DNA of 64,000 bases from an uncultured delta proteobacterium (GTDB lineage: Bacteria; Desulfobacterota; Binatia; HRBIN30; BPIQ01), in NCBI GenBank assembly GCA_963761335.1, contig CAVXGR010000015.1, positions 160,001 through 224,000 on the forward strand, given 5' to 3'. The translations under genes and the position numbers were made by a program. The notes under the pieces are model-generated. The model was not told the DNA's origin, searched no databases, and saw nothing but the letters and a program-made list of their open reading frames with translations. Within the stretch, counting starts at the first letter, position 1; every line of letters starts with the position of its first letter. This document shows, one piece after another, positions 18,275 through 26,601 of this stretch.

Positions 18275-19902
18275 GTGAAAATCCTGTCCTATAACCCCGG
18301 CCACAATGGCGCCATCGCGTTTCTTCGGGACTGCCGCCTAACAATGCATATCGAAGCAGAAAAAGACTCGAACTATCGATACTCTTCAGTATCTATTACG
18401 AACGTATTAGATGCCATCGGTGAACTAGAAGAATTACCTGACGTCATTTGTATGGGCGGGTGGTGGCCACGAGACCATCACGAATACTTATACGGCTCTC
18501 TCAATAACGTCGGCTATCGTGGTGTATCAAGCAATGATGTCATAGTAAACCAAGGACGCTTTTTAAGAGGTCAGGTCGACTATTTCTCATCTTCTCATGA
18601 ACGATCGCACATCCTTTGCGCTTTTGGCATGTCAAGTTTAGCAAAGGGCACCCCATGCGATGCATTGGTTTGGGAAGGAGAGATAGGCGCTTTCTACGAC
18701 ATCGATTCCGATTTGAACATCACGCTGATCGCCGATGTTCTAAATCAGCCAGGGAATCGCTACGGACTGCTCTACGGCCTAGCCGACCCAACCTTTCCCA
18801 AGGATGGACCCTATCCCCGGTCCCCGGACGCGGGAAAGCTCATGGCCTTAGCGTCATTTTCGAATCGACGCACGCCTTCAGCTGACGAGAAGAAGCTGCT
18901 CAGTTTTCTATTGGATGGCCCGTTCCAGAAGCTGAGCGCTTACGAGGATCTTGCGCAAGCGCCTCACCTAAACGTGGGGTTAGATGATCCGGAGTTTCGC
19001 AACCTCTCGGGAATATATAGCGACGCAATCTTCGATATGTTTTGTCAGTTCGCGAGCAAGAACTTGAGGAACAAACAACCGCTGGTGATCGCCGGTGGAT
19101 GCGGCCTGAATTGCGACTGGAACACCAAGTGGAAGGATACTGGCCTCTTCTCGGAGGTGTTCGTACCCCCGGTCGCCAATGATTCCGGATCAGCCATAGG
19201 CACGGCGATCGATGCCCAGTTCCGCTTTACCGGCAATCCAAAGATCGAATGGGACGTCTACTCCGGCTTGATGTTTCGAGCGGACGGCTTATTCAAGTTC
19301 GGCAAATATGACATCCACGACACGGACTACGATAAGATTGCCGACATGCTGGCGAACGACCTCATCCTCGGATGGGTGAGCGGCAGATACGAGATCGGCC
19401 CGCGCGCGCTTGGCAATAGGTCCATCCTCGCTGCTCCTTTCGAGGTAGTACCAGAATGCGACTGAACGAGATCAAGCGACGTGAGCAGTTCCGCCCCATC
19501 GCTCCTGTCTGCCTTCCAGATGATGCTCGCAAATGGTTCGGATGCGATCACGAAAGCCCATACATGCTTTATACGCATCGTTCGACCACCGACGCACTGG
19601 GAGCTGTTACGCATGTGAACGGCACCGCCCGCATCCAGACTGTCACATCTGCGACTAACAAGCGTCTTAGTGATCTGCTAGTCGCATTTAAAGGACGCAC
19701 CGGTTACGGCGTACTGTGCAATACCTCTCTGAACTTCAACGGAAAAGGCTTCATCAACAACATAGTCGATCTTGATGCCTATGCCACCCAGCGCGACTTG
19801 GATGGGTTCGTTGTTGAAGGACGGGCATATCTTCTGAAGGCTTCCTGGCGGTATCAAGCATATCTGAAAACGTCGGGTGTTCCAGCTGACACGGTTGCCT
19901 AG
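18275..19902 (+). pseudogene. NodU/CmcH-family carbamoyltransferase, split by a frameshift near 19445
   Basis: AGGCGLNC, PPVANDSGSAIG, EIGPRALGNRSILA in ORF 18275-19465; RLNEIKRREQFRPIAP, HVNGTARIQTV, NTSLN in ORF 19456-19902. Confidence 0.88.
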
Positions 19903-19983
19903 CAGCACATAGGGGCCCAAGACGCCGCGCTTCGCGAACGGAAAGGGACGCATCGCAAGAGCGAGCCAGTCGGAATTCTACAT

Positions 19984-20838
19984 TTGAACAAGGACACGCA
20001 GAATATGGACTTGTACCCGCTCGGCTTCGAGGAGGACGATCGCCTGCGGTCTGCCTTCATCCGAGAGCTCACGCTGCAGCAGCTTGATCGCTCGGCGACT
20101 TCGAGCGCTGCCGGACTGGCCGAGTCGGCACTCATTCCCAAGACACTGATTCAGTACTGGCATGACCCGCGGGACGTACCGGACGACGTGTGCGCCTGCC
20201 TCAACAGCTGGGATCGACTTGGCGAGGAGGGCTTCGAGTTCCGAATGTTCAACGACGTATCGGCGGCCGCATACATTGCGGATGGGTACGGCGCGCGAGA
20301 GTGCGAGGCATTCGCGCGCTGCCGCCACCCGGCAATGCGCAGCGACTATCTGCGGATGTGCTTCGTGCTCGCGGAGGGTGGCCTCTACGTTGATGCGGAC
20401 GACGTGCTGCTGGGTGACGGCTGGAAATACATGTTCCGAAACGGCGGACTGAAGGTGCAGCCGCTGTCCTACGATATCCCGTCCAGCAGTATGGTGCCGG
20501 CCGCCGAGATTTGGCGAGCCGACTTGCCGACAGACGGACGCATCTTTTACGTAAACAACGATCCGATCGCGGCACCCGCCGACCATCCAGTTCTACGCCG
20601 GGCGCTCGCTCGTGCGACTGAGAGGCTACTCGGGGAGGATCGGCTCCCCAAGATCCAGTCGACGACTGGCCCCGGCAACTTCACCGCCGCCCTGGTCGCG
20701 CACGCGCGCGAGTTGAAGATCGCCGGCGCTCCTTTCGATTTTGAACTGCTACACGACTGGGAGGCCGTCGCGGAAACACGCTGGGAACTCTCCTACCGCC
20801 GCGATGCCCGCAACTGGCGTCACATGGACATCGGCTAA
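19984..20838 (+). CDS. GT32-like DXD glycosyltransferase
   Basis: IPKTLIQYW, AMRSDYLR, GGLYVDADD, TTGPG; start uncertain (19984 or 20005). Confidence 0.8.
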   Translation: MNKDTQNMDLYPLGFEEDDRLRSAFIRELTLQQLDRSATSSAAGLAESALIPKTLIQYWHDPRDVPDDVCACLNSWDRLGEEGFEFRMFNDVSAAAYIADGYGARECEAFARCRHPAMRSDYLRMCFVLAEGGLYVDADDVLLGDGWKYMFRNGGLKVQPLSYDIPSSSMVPAAEIWRADLPTDGRIFYVNNDPIAAPADHPVLRRALARATERLLGEDRLPKIQSTTGPGNFTAALVAHARELKIAGAPFDFELLHDWEAVAETRWELSYRRDARNWRHMDIG

Positions 20839-20866
20839 GTCCAAAAAATCGCGGCAGGACGATGCG

Positions 20867-22981
20867 ATGAATGTTCGCGAACCCACCGGCGCGCTGCGCA
20901 GGCTCGCATTTCGCATCGTGCGCGCCATAGCGAGCACTATTCCCGGTGGCCGGATGGCGGCCTTCGGCGCAGGCAACGACATGATCGGGTCGATCTTGGT
21001 CGTGAACCTCGACCGGCAACCAAGGCGATGGCGGCGCGTGCTTAGCGAGCTCGGCCGCTTTCGAACTTCAGACGGCGCTCCACTGACCTCAATCGTGCGG
21101 CGGTTCGCTGCCGTGGATGCTCGCGATGGCCGCGCCGTGGCGGCGACGGCCGACGTCGACCCGAATTACTGCATCGGAAACCAATTATATGTCCAGCCGG
21201 ATGCGAGGCTGGAGGAGTGCTTCGGCGTCGACGAACCAATCAGAATGACCCGCCAAGAGGTCGCGGTCGCGAGGTCGCACGTGGAAGTCTGGAAGACAGT
21301 TGTGACGGGACCCGACAAGTTCGTGCTGGTGCTTGAGGACGACGTCTGGTTCAGATGCGGCGCAGCAGTGGCGATCGACCGCGGCTGGCGTGCCGCCCTC
21401 CGACGCTGTCGTAATGAAGGTGGACCGCGTCTCCTCTACCTATCCTACGCGGATGCCGGAGGAACGGCAGAACGTGCCGACGTCTGTGACGCACTGTTTA
21501 GGCCGATACGGGGTCTCTGGTTCCTCTCCGGGTATGTGTTGTCGCGAGAGGGTGCGGCGGTACTCTTGCGAGCGATGCCGGTGGTCGGGCCCGTCGACAC
21601 GTGGGTCAACTATCGCTTCGAGGAACTGGGCGCCCTTGCGCTCTCCTCCCCTGCGATCCTGCAAAGGCGAGACAGCGCCTCTGACAACTCCTGCTCCGTC
21701 CTGCCGTACCTGGCGCGGGCGGGGATCGTCGATGCGGGCTCGGGTGTCATGCCGCCCGATGGGACGCGCGGTGGCCCGGTATTAGCTTGGACTGCCGGCG
21801 GCGAGCGGGAAGGCCTCGCTATGGCTTTGTCCATGCTGGGACTGCGGGTCCGGGCGTTCGATGGCGACGAGAAGGCGGTCCGAGCACAAGATCTCCCGAA
21901 CCTCTTCGAGGTGTTCGACGCCCTCGTCGACCCGCCGCTCACGCCGGGTGCTCTGTCTGCCGCGATCGCGAGGACGGACTCCAGGTTCCTCTTGGAGGCG
22001 AACGCGGCGTTCTGGTCCGAGATAGAGCCGGAGCGCCTGCCGCCATCACGGACCGCGGTTCTCTCGCACGACAGACCAGACACCGGATCGTGGGAGCCGC
22101 TCTGCGCCCTTCTCGGCCTCGCTGAGCCCGTTCAAACCTTCCCCGTCGGAGCTCCGAGAGGGTTGAGGGTCTTCCGGGACGATCGTCCGGACGCAGCGCG
22201 CCGGTCTGCCACGACCCTTTGGCGGAAGGATTGTCCGTTGGACGATTCGCCCTGGGTCCTCCCGCTACGGAGTGGCTGGCAGTCGAGGCCTCCCATAGGT
22301 CAGCCGGTTCGGCTCCCAGGAGAGCGCCTCGTTCACGCGGCGATGACGACGGCGACACCGTTGTTCCCTGAGCTAGTCGAGACCTTTCCGGGCAATCTGG
22401 CATCGTTCGCGAGAGAAGGCGTCATGTACAATGATGACGGCGTACATCTCGTTATCACCGAGGCTTCTGCTGGAAACAGGCCGTACCGTTCCGGCGCCTT
22501 CGCGTCCATGCGCTTCTTCGAGCACGGACGCTTCGCGGCGGAGATAAGGGCCGCTTCTGGTTCCGGACTCGTCACAGGCTTCTTCCTCCATCGAGACGCA
22601 CCACGACAGGAGATCGATGTCGAACTGGCCAGCGACGACCCGCGACGCATGCTGGTCAACGTCTACTTCAACCCCGGTGACGAAGGGGCGACAATAGGCT
22701 TTGGCTATCGGGGCTCGCCCTGCCGCATCGACCTTGGCTTCGACGCCACCTTGGACTTCCACCTCTACGCGATCGACTGGCGACCGGGCTACGTGGCGTG
22801 GTCAGTGGACGGCAGGATCGTCCACGAGCGGGTGGGTTGGGATCCCACTCCGCTTCCGCATCTTCCCATGCGCCTGCACGGCAACCTGTGGGCTCCCCGC
22901 TCCGAAGGACTCGCCGGCCGGATCGATAACGATGCCCTGCCTTTGACGGCAACGTTCAGAAACGTATCGGTGCGGGCCTGA
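20867..22981 (+). CDS. GT25-like glycosyltransferase fused to C-terminal GH16 glycoside hydrolase
   Basis: VVNLDRQPRRW, AVDAR, SHVEVW, LVLEDDV, GPVD (GT25); SGLVTGFF, QEIDVE, FHLYAIDW, WSVDG, NLW (GH16). Confidence 0.8.
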   Translation: MNVREPTGALRRLAFRIVRAIASTIPGGRMAAFGAGNDMIGSILVVNLDRQPRRWRRVLSELGRFRTSDGAPLTSIVRRFAAVDARDGRAVAATADVDPNYCIGNQLYVQPDARLEECFGVDEPIRMTRQEVAVARSHVEVWKTVVTGPDKFVLVLEDDVWFRCGAAVAIDRGWRAALRRCRNEGGPRLLYLSYADAGGTAERADVCDALFRPIRGLWFLSGYVLSREGAAVLLRAMPVVGPVDTWVNYRFEELGALALSSPAILQRRDSASDNSCSVLPYLARAGIVDAGSGVMPPDGTRGGPVLAWTAGGEREGLAMALSMLGLRVRAFDGDEKAVRAQDLPNLFEVFDALVDPPLTPGALSAAIARTDSRFLLEANAAFWSEIEPERLPPSRTAVLSHDRPDTGSWEPLCALLGLAEPVQTFPVGAPRGLRVFRDDRPDAARRSATTLWRKDCPLDDSPWVLPLRSGWQSRPPIGQPVRLPGERLVHAAMTTATPLFPELVETFPGNLASFAREGVMYNDDGVHLVITEASAGNRPYRSGAFASMRFFEHGRFAAEIRAASGSGLVTGFFLHRDAPRQEIDVELASDDPRRMLVNVYFNPGDEGATIGFGYRGSPCRIDLGFDATLDFHLYAIDWRPGYVAWSVDGRIVHERVGWDPTPLPHLPMRLHGNLWAPRSEGLAGRIDNDALPLTATFRNVSVRA

Positions 22982-23010
22982 ATCTGTGGGCGTATCTTTG
23001 ACGTGTGTGA

Positions 23011-23120
23011 ATTGGCCGGGGTCGGACCTCCATAAGTGTTCGATATCCCGGGACTTCACTTCAAATTCGGGGCTCATTTCGATCTAAACCCCGCCATTTC
23101 GAGGCCGGAATGGCGGCTGT
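23011..23120 (+). repeat. 110-bp direct repeat, copy A
   Basis: Ungapped match to 24812-24921 (17 mismatches counted by eye). Confidence 0.85.
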
Positions 23121-23185
23121 AGGGAGCGTTGGGGTCGTGCAGGACTTGGAAGTCAGCCGCAAGAATCGACCTGTGATACGTGACG

Positions 23186-23220
23186 CCTCCTGTAACTTGC
23201 CGCTGCAGCCGACGCGGGCG
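23186..23220 (+). other. Left half of an attC-like site (truncated)
   Basis: cctgTAAC ttgccgctgcagccgacgcgggc with no matching right arm. Confidence 0.5.
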
Positions 23221-23289
23221 CGGAAGACTCGACAAGCAGATATCGATTTGGCGGCAGAGCGGTACAAGATGATTGGAGATCGACGATGA
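23221..23289 (+). pseudogene. C-terminal remnant of a HigB/RelE-like toxin
   Basis: RKTRQADIDLAAERYKMIGDRR* with ATGA overlap onto the antitoxin start. Confidence 0.6.
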
Positions 23290-23585
23290 AGCAGTCCAAA
23301 GGCAGGGAGCATACGGGTCGTAGCGGCGGCAACGTGTTTCTCGAACTCGGCTTCCCACCACATCAGGCGGCGGTGATGCTCCTACGCTACGAGATGGCGG
23401 AAGCCCTGCGCAAGTGGATGGACCGCGAAGGTTGCACGCAGGCGCAAGCAGCCAAACGGCCGGGGGTCTCGCAGCCCCGCATTTCGGAGATCGCGCGTAA
23501 AAACGTGGACAAGCTTTCTCTCGACTACTTGGTGGGTCTGTGCGCGAAGGCCGGAGTTCCGGTGAAGGTGAACTTGGCAGCATGA
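23286..23585 (+). CDS. HigA-like XRE helix-turn-helix antitoxin
   Basis: SGGNVFLELGF, TQAQAAKRPGVSQPRISEI, KLSLDYL. Confidence 0.85.
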   Translation: MKQSKGREHTGRSGGNVFLELGFPPHQAAVMLLRYEMAEALRKWMDREGCTQAQAAKRPGVSQPRISEIARKNVDKLSLDYLVGLCAKAGVPVKVNLAA

Positions 23586-23598
23586 GCGAATGCCGAAG

Positions 23599-24098
23599 CA
23601 GTGCGCCATGAGCCTTGCGGCTCGCCAGTAGACGATGAAAATGGACGCTCGGCGGGTACCGGTATGCCGGAGGGCTCCCGTACCTCGGCGCCCGTGACGC
23701 TAGCCGGGGGTTTCAACCCCCGGCGCCGGCGCCCGTCTTCTGCGGTCCTGCGGACGTTCCTGGGCGAAGTTCGCCCCAGAGGGGCGGCGGCATGTAGCCC
23801 GGGTGAAACCCGGAAGAATGCGCGCTCCGTCAGGCGCGCCCCGCCAGGGGCGTGGGCAAGTTTTCGTCGATGTCACGCCTGTACGCCGATGATCACCGCT
23901 GGGTGCGTGGGGAGCTCATCGAGATGATTCACGCGGCCTCTACGCCTGCGCCCCTGCGGGGCGCTGATCTGGGCCAATCGGAACGCGGTCCCCGGGTTGA
24001 CACCCGGGGCTACATGCCTGCGCCCCTCCGGGGCGATAAGTCTCCACGCCAGGCGCCGGGGCGCCGCCAGACCTTCACCCAACAGATTTTCGAACCAG
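23599..24098 (+). repeat. Dispersed non-coding element, copy 2 (variant internal segment)
   Basis: Matches copies 1 and 3; different segment at about 23645-23760 with its own hairpin. Confidence 0.9.
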
Positions 24099-24151
24099 GC
24101 CTTCCAGGCGACGCTCGAAGGACGCGCGCGGCTGAAGGCGAGACGTTCGGT
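24091..24151 (+). other. attC-like site
   Basis: CGAAC caggccttccaggcgacgc...gcgcgcggctgaaggcgagac GTTCGGT. Confidence 0.6.
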
Positions 24152-24197
24152 GGAACCCGCGTGGTCTGCTACCTTGCCACTACAGGAGGAGCTTGGA

Positions 24198-24431
24198 ATG
24201 GATACGCCCTTTGACGAAATCGTGGCCAGCGCAATGAAGCTGTCTGACAAGGAACGTGCGCGCCTTGCGCAGGAGCTCATCGCCAGCCTGGATGCGGAGA
24301 TCGAACCGGATGTCGAAGGGCTCTGGCTCGCCGAGGCAGAGCGTCGCCTCGAAGAGCTGCGGTCGGGCAAGACCCATGGGGTGCCAGCGAAGGAGGCTTT
24401 CGCGAAAGCGCGTCGCGCCCTCCGGCGATGA
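24198..24431 (+). CDS. Putative addiction-module antitoxin
   Basis: AMKLSDKERARLAQELIASLD...WLAEAERRLEEL; AGGAGG RBS; ATGA overlap with toxin. Confidence 0.85.
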   Translation: MDTPFDEIVASAMKLSDKERARLAQELIASLDAEIEPDVEGLWLAEAERRLEELRSGKTHGVPAKEAFAKARRALRR

Positions 24432-24724
24432 AGGTCGTCTTCCACGAGGAGGCGCTGGACGAAATGTTGGGATCGGCCTCGTATTACGAGGAGAGGGTCG
24501 AGGGGCTCGGCTGGGATTTTCTGAAGACGGTGGAACAGACGACGGAACGAATCCTGGCCTCGCCCGAAGCTGGCCCGATCGCACGCGGCACGGTACGAAA
24601 GCGACTCGTCGCGGGCTTCCCATTCACGTTGCTTTACTCCATCGAACCGCGTCAGATCTTCATTGTGGCGGTTGCGCACCAGAGCCGACGCCCCGGCTAC
24701 TGGCTGAAGCGCGTTCGTCAGTGA
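24428..24724 (+). CDS. RelE/ParE-family toxin
   Basis: VFHEEALDEM...YYEERVEGLGWDF...FPFTLLY...IVAVAHQSRRPGYW. Confidence 0.88.
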   Translation: MKVVFHEEALDEMLGSASYYEERVEGLGWDFLKTVEQTTERILASPEAGPIARGTVRKRLVAGFPFTLLYSIEPRQIFIVAVAHQSRRPGYWLKRVRQ

Positions 24725-24739
24725 CTGATGTCTCTCCAC

Positions 24740-24801
24740 GCCGAACAAGGGCATGCACGCGACGCGCAAAAGAGCGCACGCGTGATGCCTGGGCGTTAGG
24801 C
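24740..24801 (+). other. attC-like site
   Basis: GCCGAAC aagggcatgcacgcgacgcgc aaaaga gcgcacgcgtgatgcct gggc GTTAGGC. Confidence 0.8.
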
Positions 24802-24811
24802 GACTTCTAGG

Positions 24812-24921
24812 ATTGGGCGGGGTCGGACCTCTGTAAGTGGTTGATATCCTGAGACTCCACTTCAAATCCAAGGCTCATTTCGCGCTAAGACCCGCCATTT
24901 CGAGGTCGGAATGGCGTCTGT
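24812..24921 (+). repeat. 110-bp direct repeat, copy B
   Basis: Matches 23011-23120; followed by tandem GAGCACTCCAT x2 (24942-24963). Confidence 0.85.
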
Positions 24922-24973
24922 TCTGTAAGGAGGGTGACACAGAGCACTCCATGAGCACTCCATCGCGACCCCC

Positions 24974-26209
24974 TCAGTCGCTGGGGCGGAGCGGATAGCC
25001 CTCCCAGCGCGCCAGGACGGCGGCGCCGACCATGTCGCTCCAGACGTTGACGCTGGTGCGGCACATGTCGAGGACGCGATCGACGGCGAGGATCAGGCCG
25101 ACGCCTTCGAGCGGCAGGCCGACGGCGCGCAGCACGATGGTCATCATCACCAGACCGGCCATCGGTATTCCGGCGGCGCCGATGGACGCCAGCAGCGCCG
25201 TCAGCAGCACCAGGATCTGCTTGTCCAGGCCCAGCGGAATGCCATAGGCCTGCGAGATGAACAGCACCGCGACGCCCTCGTAGAGAGCTGTGCCATCCAT
25301 GTTCACCGTGGCTCCCAGCGGCAACACGAAGGAGCTGATCTGATTGGGTACGCCGGCGCGCTTTTCCACACACTCGAGAGTCAGCGGCAGGGTGGCCGAG
25401 CTGGAGGCCGTGGAGAACGCCGTGGCCAGCGCCGGGGCGACGGCGCGGACGTAGGTCGGTGGCCAGACGCGACCGAGCAGGAAGAGGATCAGCGGCAGCG
25501 TGATCAGGGCGTGCACCGCCAGGCTGACGGTCACCGTGAGCATGTACAGCAGCAGCGGCGGGAAGGCGTCGAAGCCGGTGCTGCCGACGATTCCGGCCAT
25601 GAGCGCGAAGACGCCGATGGGCGCCAGGCGGATGATGAAGTCGGTGATCAGCATCATCAGGTCGAACACCGCCTGCATGATCTCGGTGATCACCCGGCGC
25701 CCCGGATGCGCAAGGCGGATGGTGAACAAGCCGACGAGCAGGGCGAAGAAGATGATCGCCAGGACATTGCCCTGCGCCATGGCGGCGATGGGGTTGTCGG
25801 GAATGATTCCGAGGAGGGTGTCGCCGAGACGCTCCGGAGACAGGTTCACATTTGCCGGCGCGGCGTGAAGCGGCAGATGGGCGCCGACGCCCGGGGCGAT
25901 CAGGTTGACGGCCACCAGACCGGTGATGATCGCGGCGGCGCTGGTGGCGACGTAGTAGGTGAGCGCCTTCAGGCCCATGCGGCCGACGCTCGAGGCGTCA
26001 CCCAGGCCGCTGACGCCGACCACGAGAGACGAGAAGATCAGCGGCACGATCACCATGCGCAACAGGCGCAGGAAGATGTCCCCGAGGGGCTGGAGGTAAC
26101 GGACGTCGTCTCCGAGGACGGCGCCGGCGAGCATGCCCGCCGCCATGGCGACCAGGATCTGCCAGTGAAGCTGCCGGTACCAGGCGGCGGAGGTGCGCTG
26201 GGTGTCCAT
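24974..26209 (-). CDS. Dicarboxylate/amino acid:cation symporter (DAACS, GltP-like)
   Basis: [57 protein letters not shown]. Confidence 0.95.
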   Translation of the reverse strand: MDTQRTSAAWYRQLHWQILVAMAAGMLAGAVLGDDVRYLQPLGDIFLRLLRMVIVPLIFSSLVVGVSGLGDASSVGRMGLKALTYYVATSAAAIITGLVAVNLIAPGVGAHLPLHAAPANVNLSPERLGDTLLGIIPDNPIAAMAQGNVLAIIFFALLVGLFTIRLAHPGRRVITEIMQAVFDLMMLITDFIIRLAPIGVFALMAGIVGSTGFDAFPPLLLYMLTVTVSLAVHALITLPLILFLLGRVWPPTYVRAVAPALATAFSTASSSATLPLTLECVEKRAGVPNQISSFVLPLGATVNMDGTALYEGVAVLFISQAYGIPLGLDKQILVLLTALLASIGAAGIPMAGLVMMTIVLRAVGLPLEGVGLILAVDRVLDMCRTSVNVWSDMVGAAVLARWEGYPLRPSD

Positions 26210-26359
26210 GCCGTCTTCCTCTGGGCGCTTTCCATATCCGCGCGACGGCGCGAAGGGAAACGGGCGGGCTCGGGGACGACTGCTCCGGTAGGTAGAGTTC
26301 CCCGACGCCGGCTATCGACAAGCACGATTGTGGTCAGTCCGGTCGTTGCGGGCATGCGC

Positions 26360-26471
26360 CCCCTCTCCCGCATTGCCTGCGGGAGAGGGCTGTGAAGATC
26401 CGTGGGCTTTCAGTGAGAAAGGGACCCCTCTCCTTAGTCCTCTCCCCGCGGAAATGCGGGGAGAGGGGACT
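26360..26471. repeat. Twin CCCTCTCCC hairpin repeat, copy 2
   Basis: Inverted homologue of 6738-6855. Confidence 0.75.
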
Positions 26472-26601
26472 TGGCGCGGCGGCGCGGAAATCAATCGCAA
26501 GCGTCACTTGGGACAGTCCTCTCCGGCGCCCGGCGGTTGACGCGATCGGTGTTCCGTGTCCAAACACGGAACATGGGTCCTCGCGTCCAAACGAGGCCGG
26601 C

